Positions 1 to 9,057 are shown, counted from the first letter of the stretch. The stretch is DNA of 64,000 bases from an uncultured Oscillospiraceae bacterium (GCA_934546685.1 CAKTEB010000001.1:22372-86371); one strand, 5' to 3'. Numbers and translations are program-made. The notes: generated from the sequence alone by a model not told the origin.

Positions 1-54
1 TCTAGCAAGCTACAGTTTGCACTGGAAGCCCCCATATGCCCTTTTCCGCAGAAA

Positions 55-95
55 TCCCCCGCCCGGAGCGGTGCAATACCAGCCCGGACGGGGGA
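55..95 (-). terminator. Possible weak terminator hairpin downstream of the ene-reductase paralogue 1 gene
   Basis: Imperfect inverted repeat tcccccgcccgg (55-66) / ccggacggggga (84-95). On the minus strand it is followed only by a short tttc, so support is weak. Confidence 0.3.
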
Positions 96-119
96 AACGC
101 TATGTAGTTTTGCCTGAGA

Positions 120-2123
120 TCACAGGATCATAGCCCGGGAATAGGCCTCCCGGTTGCAAACCTCCAGATTGCCCGCGCCATTGCAGTCGCCGATGGCGTA
201 GAACTCGGTGGTCAGGCCGGAATAGCCGAAGGCCTCGGCGGTCAGCGGGGTCATGCCGCCGCAGATCACCACGTTGTCGCCGGTAACAGTATGCTCGCCG
301 TCGGCCGTGCGGTAGGTGGCAGTATTGCCCTCCACCTTCACAGTCTCCGCCTCGGTGATGCCGGTGAGGTTGTCATAGGCCTCCCAGGCGGAAGCCTCTC
401 TGGCCTCACCATTGGGGCCCGCTTTTACAAAGGCCATGGTGATGTAGTGGAGGCCGGAGGCATTGTGGGCCAGCTTCTTCTGGCGGGTCAGCACGGTGAC
501 GTCATGGCCCAGGCCGCAGAGATACATGGCCGTCTCGATGCCCACCTCGGAGCCGCCGACGATGACCACATGCTTCCCCAGCTCCGGCTCTCTGCCGCAG
601 GTGTCCAGGCAGGACATATACTGGGGCTTCAGCTTTCCATTTTCGTCCTTGAGGCCGGGGATATTGGGGATGTTGACCCTGGCGCCGGTGGCCGCCAGCA
701 CCACGTCATAGCCCCCCGCCACGATCATCTGCTGGGTGGGCTCGGTGTTCATGACCACCTTGGCCCCGGATTTGCCCAGCTCATAGATCAGCCAGTTTTT
801 GAAGTTCTTGATGGGCCACTTGAAGGGGAAGTAGTCGCTGTGGAACAGCTGGCCGCCCAGGCTTCCAGACTTCTCGTACAGGGTCACGTCATGGCCCCGC
901 TCCGCGGCGTAGATAGCCGCCCGCATACCGGCGGGGCCGCCGCCAATGACCGCCACCTTCTTGGGCTCCGCGGTCTGCTCCACCAGCCGATGAATTTTAT
1001 GGCCCAGGCCCATCAGGGGGTTCACGGAGCACACGGAGGTCCAGGGGTCGGGCTCCGGCAGGATCACGCCGTGGCACTTGTTGCACTTGAGGCAGGGTGT
1101 GATGTCCTCGCCCCGGCCCTCATAGAGCTTCTTGCCGTACTCGTCGTCAGCCATAAAGCCCCGGGCGATACCGAACAGGTCGCACTTGCCCTCAATGAGG
1201 TAGCGCTCCATCTCGTCGGGCTCCTGGAAGCCGCCGATGGGCTTCATGAGCATATGGAAGCCCATCTTCTTGACCTTGGCGCAGAAGTCCACAGCAGGGT
1301 GAACGCCCTGGGTGAAGTTGTAGCCCGTGGGATGGGAGGCACAGCCGTCGTGCTCCCGAACCTCCAGGATATCCACCACGTCATCAAAGAGCCGGATGAA
1401 CTCGATCGCGTCGTCCTCACAGTAGCCGCCGCCCATCCTGGCATTGCCGCCGTAGCCGTTGTTCTGCTCCCAGGCCAGAACAGCCTCGATGATGAACTTC
1501 CTGCCGAAGGCCTTGCGCATGGCGGAACATACCTCATGGAACAAGCGCATGCGGTTCTCCACGGTGTCGCCATTGTACTGGTCGTCCCGGACGCCGCCGG
1601 GATTCATCATCATATCTGCCCGGAAGCTCACGCCGTCATAGCCCAGGTTCTTGTAGCGGCGAACCTTTGCCAGGGTCAGCTCCACCACCTCGCGCATCCG
1701 CTCGGCAGGCAGCTTTTCCGTGGGCTTGCCCATGGGGCCCATGCCCCGGCCGCCGTAGAGGGAAAAGCCCTCAGGATACACGAGATTGGTGGTCAGAATG
1801 ATCTTGGAGCCGTAGAAATGAACCTCCTCGCACATCTGGGACACATAGTTGTGCACCGCGGGATCGGTCATATCAAAGGCCTGCATGTGGGTCATGTCCA
1901 TGTCCATGGGGCCATGGCGCTGCTGGGGATACTCCGCCCACTCCGCAAAATTCACAATGGCCGCGCCGTTTTTCGCCAGGTTGGCCGCAAAGGCCCGGTA
2001 GCCCTCCGCCGGATAGGTCTCCGGTCCCTGGAGAAAATGAGGGGAGGCGTTGGGGTAGGTAAGTCGGTTCTTGATGATCTGCCCGCCGATCATCACCGGG
2101 GACAGCAGGTTCTGGTAACGCAC
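120..2123 (-). CDS. FMN/FAD-dependent oxidoreductase: OYE-like TIM-barrel domain + Cys4 (4Fe-4S-type) motif + FAD/NAD(P)-binding domain (2,4-dienoyl-CoA reductase / 2-enoate reductase family), paralogue 1
   Basis: ORF 120-2168. The preferred start is GTG at 2123, 6 nt after AAGGAGGAG. The N-terminus is VRYQNLLSPVMIGG. Cys motif: CLKCNKC-x14-C-SVNP. Dinucleotide folds: VAVIGGGPAGM and VVIVGGSEVG. Confidence 0.8.
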   Translation of the reverse strand: MRYQNLLSPVMIGGQIIKNRLTYPNASPHFLQGPETYPAEGYRAFAANLAKNGAAIVNFAEWAEYPQQRHGPMDMDMTHMQAFDMTDPAVHNYVSQMCEEVHFYGSKIILTTNLVYPEGFSLYGGRGMGPMGKPTEKLPAERMREVVELTLAKVRRYKNLGYDGVSFRADMMMNPGGVRDDQYNGDTVENRMRLFHEVCSAMRKAFGRKFIIEAVLAWEQNNGYGGNARMGGGYCEDDAIEFIRLFDDVVDILEVREHDGCASHPTGYNFTQGVHPAVDFCAKVKKMGFHMLMKPIGGFQEPDEMERYLIEGKCDLFGIARGFMADDEYGKKLYEGRGEDITPCLKCNKCHGVILPEPDPWTSVCSVNPLMGLGHKIHRLVEQTAEPKKVAVIGGGPAGMRAAIYAAERGHDVTLYEKSGSLGGQLFHSDYFPFKWPIKNFKNWLIYELGKSGAKVVMNTEPTQQMIVAGGYDVVLAATGARVNIPNIPGLKDENGKLKPQYMSCLDTCGREPELGKHVVIVGGSEVGIETAMYLCGLGHDVTVLTRQKKLAHNASGLHYITMAFVKAGPNGEAREASAWEAYDNLTGITEAETVKVEGNTATYRTADGEHTVTGDNVVICGGMTPLTAEAFGYSGLTTEFYAIGDCNGAGNLEVCNREAYSRAMIL

Positions 2124-2148
2124 AATGATCTCCTCCTTGTGTTGTAAA

Positions 2149-2168
2149 ATGCTTATGATTCTAAGCAT
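2149..2168. promoter_or_regulatory. 7-bp inverted repeat ATGCTTA-N6-TAAGCAT upstream of ene-reductase paralogue 1 (candidate operator or 5'-UTR hairpin)
   Basis: Perfect arms at 2149-2155 and 2162-2168, lying 26-45 nt upstream of the GTG start at 2123. Confidence 0.3.
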
Positions 2169-2260
2169 ATGGTATCACGAACCCGCCGCTGCTTCAAGCA
2201 TTTTTACCAGCTTCCCTGTGCGTCCTGCCATGCTTATTTGGCATACTCTATAAGAACGCG

Positions 2261-2296
2261 CAAAAAGAGACGCATCTCGATCAGACACGTCTCTCT
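2261..2296 (-). terminator. Rho-independent terminator after deoB
   Basis: Stem agagacg (2266-2272) / cgtctct (2288-2294). On the minus strand it is followed by TTTTTG (complement of 2261-2266). Confidence 0.6.
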
Positions 2297-2307
2297 TGCG
2301 GCTTCTA

Positions 2308-3468
2308 TTACAGAATGCTGGTTCCCACCTTGGGCGCCGGGGCGCCCAGGGCCTTTAGGACCGTTGCGCCCACGTCGCCGAATGTCTCCCGGATCCCGGC
2401 GGGGCCGGGGGTGATGCCCTGGTACCACAGCAGCACGGGGATATGCTCCCGGGTGTGGTCGGAGCCGGTGTGGGTGGGATCGCAGCCGTGATCCGCCGTT
2501 ACCACCAGCAGGGTATCCTCATCCATGGCATCCATGAACAGGGGCAGATAGTCGTCAAAGGCCTTGAGGCCCGCGCCATAGGCTATTACGTTCCGCCGAT
2601 GGCCCCACTTCATATCAAAGTCCAGGAGATTGATGAACACCAAGCCCTCCTTCTCCCGAACAGCCCTCAGGGCCTCGGCCATGCCGATAAAGTTGTCAGA
2701 GGTCTTCACTGTGGTGGTGAACGCCGCCTCCGGGAAGATGTCCACAGGCTTGCCGATGGAGTGGATCTGGACGCCGTGCTCGGTGAGCAGTTCCAGATCG
2801 GTCTTCTCCGGCGGGCAGGCGGCATAATCGTGGCGGTTGGCTGTGCGGACATAGTTTCCGGGCGTACCCACAAAGGGCCGCGCAATGACCCGGCCCACAC
2901 CGAAGCCCATTCGGTCCAGCAGCTCCCGGGTCTTCTGGCACCAGTCGTAGAGGGTGGCCAGGGGCACAGTCTCCTCATGGGCCGCGATCTGGAACACACT
3001 GTCTGCGGAAGTATAGATAATGGGCTTGCCGGTTTTCTGGTGCTCCTCGCCCAGCCGGGCGATGATCTCCGTGCCGGAGGCCACCTCATTGCCCAGAATG
3101 CCCCGGCCAGTCATCTGGCAGAAGGCATCCACCAGCTCCTGGGGGAAGCCGTCCGGGAAGGTGTCAAAGGCCAAGGTGGTGGGCACGCCCATGACCTCCC
3201 AATGGCCCACAATCGAATCCTTGCCCTTGGAGAGCTCCCGGCACTTGCCGTAGACGCCCTGGGGCTCTGCCCCGGTGCCATAGGCCTCCAGGCCAGGAAT
3301 CCCCATCAGGCCCAGCTTTTCCAGATTGGGGAGGGTCAGTCCAGAATTCCCCTCAATGGTGTGCTGCACAGTGGCCGCACCGGCATCACCGTACTTCTCC
3401 GCATCGGGCAGAGCCCCAACGCCCACGGAATCCAGTAAAAAAAGCATCACGCGCTTGAACTGTTTCAT
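2308..3468 (-). CDS. deoB: Phosphopentomutase
   Basis: 386 aa. N-terminal LLDSVGVGALPDAEKYGD and C-terminal VTADHGCDPT motifs are typical of DeoB. RBS GAGGTGAG lies upstream. Confidence 0.9.
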   Translation of the reverse strand: MKQFKRVMLFLLDSVGVGALPDAEKYGDAGAATVQHTIEGNSGLTLPNLEKLGLMGIPGLEAYGTGAEPQGVYGKCRELSKGKDSIVGHWEVMGVPTTLAFDTFPDGFPQELVDAFCQMTGRGILGNEVASGTEIIARLGEEHQKTGKPIIYTSADSVFQIAAHEETVPLATLYDWCQKTRELLDRMGFGVGRVIARPFVGTPGNYVRTANRHDYAACPPEKTDLELLTEHGVQIHSIGKPVDIFPEAAFTTTVKTSDNFIGMAEALRAVREKEGLVFINLLDFDMKWGHRRNVIAYGAGLKAFDDYLPLFMDAMDEDTLLVVTADHGCDPTHTGSDHTREHIPVLLWYQGITPGPAGIRETFGDVGATVLKALGAPAPKVGTSIL

Positions 3469-3600
3469 AATTTCTCACCTCATGTGGTTTGATACCACTA
3501 TCCTATCACGAAAACTTTCCCGTTGCAACACCCGGAAAGTTTCGGTATAATAGCAATTAAAGATCGTCTCCGGCCAGCCGGAGGGAAAGGAGTTTTGCAC

Positions 3601-3993
3601 ATGATCTCTATGCAGGAGCTGCAAAAGAAAATCGGCGGGGTCTTCTACTTCGCCACAGTGGAGGACGGCGAGCCCCGGGTGCGCCCCTTCGGCTTTACCA
3701 TGGTCTTTGAGGACAAGCTGTACTTCGGCTGCGGCACCCACAAGGCCGCCTACGCCCAGCTGATGAAGGATCCCCATCTGGAGGTCTGCGCCTTCCAGGA
3801 CGGCAGCTTTGTCCGGATCCGCGGCAAGGCCGTGATGGATGACCGGGACGAGGTGCAAAAGGCCATGTATGAAAGCGCCCCGTTTCTGACGAAGACCTAC
3901 AATGAGCAGACCGGCCATCACCATATCTGCTTCTATCTGGAGGATATGTCCGCCATGGAATTTAAGGGCCCCGAGGCCATCCGCCTCATCTAA
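3601..3993 (+). CDS. Pyridoxamine 5'-phosphate oxidase-like FMN-binding family protein
   Basis: ORF 3523-3993. ATG at 3601 is preceded by GGAGGGAAAGGAG with an 8-nt spacer. The small split-barrel-like sequence is FYFATVEDGEPRVRPFG... Confidence 0.7.
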   Translation: MISMQELQKKIGGVFYFATVEDGEPRVRPFGFTMVFEDKLYFGCGTHKAAYAQLMKDPHLEVCAFQDGSFVRIRGKAVMDDRDEVQKAMYESAPFLTKTYNEQTGHHHICFYLEDMSAMEFKGPEAIRLI

Positions 3994-4027
3994 TTTGGTC
4001 ACAGCGGGGACACATCCGCCTGGTATG

Positions 4028-4059
4028 CTAAAGCCATCCGGGATACCGGATGGCTTTAG
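4028..4059 (+). terminator. Hairpin terminator after the PNPOx-like gene
   Basis: Perfect 14-bp stem ctaaagccatccgg / ccggatggctttag with a 4-nt loop. The T-tract is weak. Confidence 0.5.
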
Positions 4060-4109
4060 TTCGCTCGTAAAGAGGATTTATTTTTACCCTATAGATAAAA
4101 TATTGATAC

Positions 4110-4138
4110 TTTACATGCGTAATTTCAGGTAGTATATT
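4110..4138 (+). promoter_or_regulatory. Sigma-70-like promoter for the 4184-8249 operon
   Basis: TTTACA (4110-4115), 17-nt spacer, TATATT (4133-4138), 45 nt upstream of the first start codon. Confidence 0.45.
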
Positions 4139-4183
4139 GGGCTTGGAAGATAATCTCCAACAGTCACGAAAGGAGGCCCCGCC

Positions 4184-4966
4184 ATGACGCTTTCCTGGTT
4201 GCTCCACCGTATCACCCGCCGCAGCCGAACCTATCTTCTGCTGGGAATTCTGCTGATCTGCATTCTGGTACTGGGCGGCGTCACCCGCAGCTACAGTGCA
4301 AATATGGAGCTTTTTACGCTGAATATGGCCTTTGGAACCCAGTTTGCAACGACTGAGGAATTCCTCAGCTGGCACCGTCACTGGCAGTACACCTGGCTGG
4401 TCAGCGCCCTGGATACCGTGTGTGTTCTGCCCTTCCTGGTAAATATCTTTCCCCGTTATAATGACCCGGAGCTGACCGTACCTGTGGTAATGGGCCGAAG
4501 CCGCAGCGGCATTTTCTTCTCCGGCCTATGCTGCTTTGATCTGGCCGTGGTGATCCTATGGCTGGGCTATCTGCTGGCAGGCTGTCTGCTGGGCAGCATC
4601 CCGCTCATAGGGCTGTTCCCCGCCTCGTACTATCTCCGCACCATGGGCATTGCGTTGCTGCTCCAGTTGGGCTATGCCAATCTGGCCCTGGCGGTGGCGC
4701 AGCTGTTCCGCAGCCGGGTTCTGGGCTGCCTGGTGGGCTTTGCCGCCGTGCTGTCGCTGAATGTGATGAAGAATCTTGGGCTGTTCTGGAACGTCCTTTC
4801 CACCATCAGCTATGCCAACCGGGATCGGGATCAGCTCTGGATGTGGGCCGTGGAGTCCCACCCCACGCTCTCCCAGCTGCTGACGCTGATCTTATTCCCG
4901 ATCATCACCACAGCCCTGAGCTGTCTGATCGGACTTATTTCCATTCACCGCCGGGATCTCGCCTGA
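4184..4966 (+). CDS. Polytopic membrane protein, ABC-2-type (exporter-like) permease candidate
   Basis: 260 aa with about 6 hydrophobic segments. RBS AAAGGAGG. First gene of a tight operon with the ABC ATPase. No importer EAA-loop motif was recognised by eye. Confidence 0.55.
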   Translation: MTLSWLLHRITRRSRTYLLLGILLICILVLGGVTRSYSANMELFTLNMAFGTQFATTEEFLSWHRHWQYTWLVSALDTVCVLPFLVNIFPRYNDPELTVPVVMGRSRSGIFFSGLCCFDLAVVILWLGYLLAGCLLGSIPLIGLFPASYYLRTMGIALLLQLGYANLALAVAQLFRSRVLGCLVGFAAVLSLNVMKNLGLFWNVLSTISYANRDRDQLWMWAVESHPTLSQLLTLILFPIITTALSCLIGLISIHRRDLA

Positions 4967-4979
4967 AAGGAGGCGCACC

Positions 4980-5885
4980 ATGAACGTACTGACCATTCAA
5001 GATCTCTCCAAGCGCTACGGCAGTCTCCAGGCTCTGGATCAGGTGTCCTTCACTCTGGAATCTGGCCAGATCTACGGCCTGGTGGGCAACAACGGTGCGG
5101 GCAAAACCACCCTGCTGCGGATCCTGGCGGGGCTCGTAGCACAGGATCATGGGACTGTCACGCTGTTTGGAAAAAGCAGTCCCAAGGGGCTCCGGACGGC
5201 CCGCCGCAATGCAGGCTTTCTGCTGCCCCGTGAGAGCTTTTCCCCAGACATGACGGCACTGCAAAATCTCCTGACCTTCCAGCGGCTCCAGGGCTACAGG
5301 GATCCCCAGGAGGCCGAAAATCTGCTGGCCCAGGCGGGACTTGACGAGATCCATCGCCGCAAATGGAAGCTGAAGGGCCTCTCCACGGGGGAATTCCAGC
5401 GCGCAGCCATTGCCGCGGCCCAGCTGGGCGCACCAAAGCTTTTGGTGCTGGATGAGCCCCAAAACGGACTGGATCCCAGTGCTGTCCACCAGTTCCGGGA
5501 GCAGATGGAGGCCCTGCGGCAGCAGGGGACGACCATTCTCTTGTCCAGCCATATGCTTTCGGAGCTGTACCTGCTGGCCACAGACTTTATCTTCCTGCAC
5601 CGAGGGAAGATCCTGCGCACTACCAGCAGAGAGGCCCTGTCGGAGCAGCTCGATTATACCATCCGGCTCCAGGTGTCCTCTCCGGCCCGGGCCTGTGAGA
5701 CTCTGCGTCAGCTCCAGCCCCAGGTGGATCGGGACGGCACGCTGGTGCTCTCCCGCTGCCCCTGCACCATTACGGAGATCCGGCAGCAGCTCCGGCAGGC
5801 GGACATCCAGATCCACCAGGAATCTGTTTCCGGCCGCAGTCTGGAGGATTATTTTCTGGCGCTGACAGGCGGTGAGGGAACATGA
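4980..5885 (+). CDS. ABC transporter ATP-binding protein (ABC-2 / DrrA-NatA-like single NBD with C-terminal extension)
   Basis: Walker A GNNGAGKTT; signature variant LSTGEFQR; Walker B LLVLDEP; H-loop SSHML. RBS AAAGGAGG. Confidence 0.9.
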   Translation: MNVLTIQDLSKRYGSLQALDQVSFTLESGQIYGLVGNNGAGKTTLLRILAGLVAQDHGTVTLFGKSSPKGLRTARRNAGFLLPRESFSPDMTALQNLLTFQRLQGYRDPQEAENLLAQAGLDEIHRRKWKLKGLSTGEFQRAAIAAAQLGAPKLLVLDEPQNGLDPSAVHQFREQMEALRQQGTTILLSSHMLSELYLLATDFIFLHRGKILRTTSREALSEQLDYTIRLQVSSPARACETLRQLQPQVDRDGTLVLSRCPCTITEIRQQLRQADIQIHQESVSGRSLEDYFLALTGGEGT

Positions 5886-6637
5886 AACATCTGTTCCGCT
5901 ACGGTCTTCTGCGCTATGGCCGCAGCCGCGCCCTATGGGGCTGTCTGCTTCTGCTGGCAGTGCTTCAGCCGATTTTAGAGTCCCTGTACACCACGATTCC
6001 CACAGCGGTACCGGAGGGGGCGTGGCTCTATCGACTCCTGTCGGCGGATGCCCAGGAAGGGGACTTCTGGAGCGTCTGCCTTACGGCCTCCCGCATGAGC
6101 TTGGGCGCCGTCTATCTGCTGTTGGGTACGACTCTGGGCGCTTCGATCCTGCTGCCCGCTCAAACTGACGCCGCAAGGCTTCCCATTGCCGCCGCTGGTT
6201 ATGGATTCTTCCAGCAGCATCTGTGCTGTGTGCTCCAATGCCTGCTTTTTAGTCTGCCGGTCTTTCTCGCAGCGCTGGGACTGGAAGCGCTGGTTCCGGG
6301 CATGGATATTGACACTCTGTACGCCAGGGCCCCGGGATGGATGCTGGCTGCCGCGCTGCTCCGTCTGCTCTCTGCCCTGGGGAACGTGTCCCTGGGAATG
6401 CTCCTGTGTCTCATCCTCCGCCGCGCCGCCCTGGCGATGCCCGTTGCTTGCCTGTTTCTGACGGCGGAAACCCTGCCCCATCTGGCAGTATTGGGCCGTC
6501 TGCTGCCTACGGGCTGCATTCCCGCAGTGCTGCTGGGACCGGGCTTTGGGCCCAAGGCGGCGCTCTATCTATTGGAGGGAGCGCTGTGTCTGATTCTCTG
6601 CATCCTGTTTCCGCTGCCCTCTCTCAGAAAGGTGTGA
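5882..6637 (+). CDS. Polytopic membrane protein, second ABC-2-type permease candidate
   Basis: 251 aa, strongly hydrophobic. Its start overlaps the ATPase stop (ATGA at 5882-5885). Confidence 0.55.
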   Translation: MKHLFRYGLLRYGRSRALWGCLLLLAVLQPILESLYTTIPTAVPEGAWLYRLLSADAQEGDFWSVCLTASRMSLGAVYLLLGTTLGASILLPAQTDAARLPIAAAGYGFFQQHLCCVLQCLLFSLPVFLAALGLEALVPGMDIDTLYARAPGWMLAAALLRLLSALGNVSLGMLLCLILRRAALAMPVACLFLTAETLPHLAVLGRLLPTGCIPAVLLGPGFGPKAALYLLEGALCLILCILFPLPSLRKV

Positions 6638-6641
6638 TCCT

Positions 6642-8249
6642 ATGAAACAGCTCCGACTTCTGCCCCTGGCTATGCTCCTGCTGACCCTCTGGGGCTGCGG
6701 CAGCAGAGAACGCGCGCCGAAAAGCGACTTCGAGACCGAATTTAGCTCCAGCTCAGAGCCCACAATAATCTCCGTATTTTCCGCCGCGCCGGAGCCCGTC
6801 TCCTATCCGCTGGAGCCCTGCACCCTGACGCTGTTCACCTTCTCTGAACTCTCCCCGGGAGACCGGCAGCTGCTCTCCGCCATGCAGGAGGCCACCGGCG
6901 TGACCCTAGCGGTAGATGCAGGGGCCGCCCAGGAGTCTCTGAACGCCGACATCGCCGCCGGTGATCTCTTCGACCTGTATCTAAACCTGCCGGACTATCT
7001 GCTGGGCGGCGACGATTTCGGCGTTACCCTGAATCTCACGGAGCTTCTTTCACAGCACGCCCCCAGCTATATCTCCGCGGTCAATGCCCTGGAAGGCGGC
7101 CCCCAGGCAGCCGCATCCCTGAGCCATGGCGGCTATTCCATGTGCATCCTCATGGATGAGCCCATGGTGCAGAGCAATTTTGGCCTGGTGCTTCGGCGGG
7201 ACTGGCTGGAGGAGCTGGGCTATGCTGCTCCGGAGACCTATCAGGACTATCACGACCTGTTTCTGGCCATGAAGAACGCCTATGCTTCAAAGCTCCCCTT
7301 CTGGCTGCCGCAAACCGGCGTCACCGACGGGAACCACTTCTGCGCGGGCTATGACATCTCCCTGGGCAGCCGCAGCTATTTCCGGGGATTCTATCAGACC
7401 GATGGCACCGTCCGATTTGGCCCCCAGGAGCAGGGATTCACGGACTATCTCACCATGCTCCGCCTGTGGTATCAGGAGGGCATCCTCAACAACACCTTCC
7501 TGGACCAGATCGATTTCCAGTCCAACAGCTATCTCATCGATCTGAGCACCGGGGCCTACGGCGCGTTCTTCCTGCCCCTGGAGTCCTACGATCTGCTTTC
7601 AGGTATGTGCAGCTTCCCCATCACCCCGGCCATGGATCCGGTGCGGGAGCGCGGAGACTCTACGCACCTGACCCAGAACAGCACCCAGGTGATATACGGC
7701 ACCGGATACTCCGTCAGCGTGGACTGTGCGGATCCAGCCCTGGCCGTGGAGGCCCTGGACTGGCTCTACAGTCCCGAGGCCCGACTGCTAGGAGCCTACG
7801 GCCAGGAGGGCGAGAGCTATGAATGGAGGGACGGTTCCCCCGCCTACACGGAGCTGATCCTTAATAACCCCCAGGGCCTCACAGTGTCGGAGGCATTATC
7901 AGTCTACACCGCCCCGCAGCTGTCCGCCGCCGTGTCCCCATCGGCCATGGCGCTGGTTCAGGAAAGTCCTCAGGCACAGGAGGTCTGGGGCCGCCAGAAG
8001 GACGGCGATCATATGCTCCCCCAGGGCATTCAGCTGACGCAGGCGGAGCAGGAAGAATATGCCGATCTGGCGACAGATATCTCCACCTATGTGGACTCCG
8101 TGATCCCGCAGTTCATTCTCGGAGAGCTGTCCCTGGAGCAGATCCCAGAGATCCAGGCCCATATCCGGGAGCTGGATGTGGATCTGTGCCTACAGCTGTG
8201 GCAGCGAGCCCTGGATCGGTATAACCGGCAGGAATTCATCGAAGAATAG
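6642..8249 (+). CDS. Extracellular solute-binding-type lipoprotein (large family-1 / LplA-like), paralogue A
   Basis: 535 aa. Signal peptide plus lipobox LTLWGC. Starts 4 nt after the upstream stop. Paralogous to 14439-16250 and 56110-57756 (shared blocks such as Y.DYH.L, WY.EG.I). Confidence 0.8.
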   Translation: MKQLRLLPLAMLLLTLWGCGSRERAPKSDFETEFSSSSEPTIISVFSAAPEPVSYPLEPCTLTLFTFSELSPGDRQLLSAMQEATGVTLAVDAGAAQESLNADIAAGDLFDLYLNLPDYLLGGDDFGVTLNLTELLSQHAPSYISAVNALEGGPQAAASLSHGGYSMCILMDEPMVQSNFGLVLRRDWLEELGYAAPETYQDYHDLFLAMKNAYASKLPFWLPQTGVTDGNHFCAGYDISLGSRSYFRGFYQTDGTVRFGPQEQGFTDYLTMLRLWYQEGILNNTFLDQIDFQSNSYLIDLSTGAYGAFFLPLESYDLLSGMCSFPITPAMDPVRERGDSTHLTQNSTQVIYGTGYSVSVDCADPALAVEALDWLYSPEARLLGAYGQEGESYEWRDGSPAYTELILNNPQGLTVSEALSVYTAPQLSAAVSPSAMALVQESPQAQEVWGRQKDGDHMLPQGIQLTQAEQEEYADLATDISTYVDSVIPQFILGELSLEQIPEIQAHIRELDVDLCLQLWQRALDRYNRQEFIEE

Positions 8250-8251
8250 CA

Positions 8252-8284
8252 AATGAGGCAGGATCGGCTGGATCCTGCCTCATT
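8252..8284. terminator. Bidirectional terminator hairpin between convergent genes
   Basis: Perfect 14-bp stem aatgaggcaggatc / gatcctgcctcatt with a 5-nt loop. Confidence 0.65.
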
Positions 8285-8287
8285 GTA

Positions 8288-8932
8288 TTAGATTCCGAGT
8301 TCTTCATCCGTGACCATATCCTCCTGGCCGGAGGTGCGCTCCACGGACATATCCTCCCATTTGCAGGGCTTCCGCAGCAGAACCACCGGGAGGGAGTGGA
8401 TCTTGGCGTTATATTGAGCCACCGACTCAGAATACTGGGTTCTGGCCTGGAGCCGGGCGTTCTCCGCGGTCTGGATCTGGCTCAGGAGCTTCTGGGTGTG
8501 CTCATTGGCCTTGAGCTCTGGGTAGTCCTCCATAACAGCCTTGAAGTCCTTGCCGTTGCGGACTCTCTTGGGGCCCCGGCGGGCGTCGGCAAAGCGCTTG
8601 TAGGTGCCGGTCTCGTCGGCCCGGTATTTGTCCGCCACCCGCTCGGCCTTGTCGAGAAGGGCCTTGCAGGTCTCGTCCACCGCGTCGATGTCCACCCGGG
8701 TCTTCTGGATCTGGCTCCGCAGCCGCCCGATCTGGTTGAAGTCGATGATGATGTTCACCCCGAAGGCCAGCACCACCGCCAGGATTCCCATGAGCAGATC
8801 ATACTTCTCCGGGATCTCGTCGCCGCTGGTTCCCACAGCGAACAGAATGACGATCAGCAGCCAGGCCAGGACAAAGCTGCCAATGAGCTTCAGCAGCTGC
8901 ACCAGCAGATTATTCTTATAGGTGTGCTCCAT
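8288..8932 (-). CDS. LemA family membrane protein
   Basis: ORF 8288-9001. The preferred ATG at 8932 follows AAGGAGGGAG. It has N-terminal TM segments. The C-terminal block YPELKANEHTQKLLSQIQTAENARLQARTQYSESVAQYN is LemA-like. Confidence 0.75.
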   Translation of the reverse strand: MEHTYKNNLLVQLLKLIGSFVLAWLLIVILFAVGTSGDEIPEKYDLLMGILAVVLAFGVNIIIDFNQIGRLRSQIQKTRVDIDAVDETCKALLDKAERVADKYRADETGTYKRFADARRGPKRVRNGKDFKAVMEDYPELKANEHTQKLLSQIQTAENARLQARTQYSESVAQYNAKIHSLPVVLLRKPCKWEDMSVERTSGQEDMVTDEELGI

Positions 8933-9028
8933 GTTGCTCCCTCCTTGTATTTTCGCCGAGATTGTACCACTTGTCTGTAAAGAAATCAACCGGAATTCCA
9001 CAAATCCCGCTGTGATTTTTAGTCTTTC

Positions 9029-9057
9029 TTGCTTATTTAGGAATCTAATGTTATACT
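9029..9057 (+). promoter_or_regulatory. Sigma-70-like promoter for the MATE gene
   Basis: TTGCTT (9029-9034), 17-nt spacer, TATACT (9052-9057). Confidence 0.45.
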
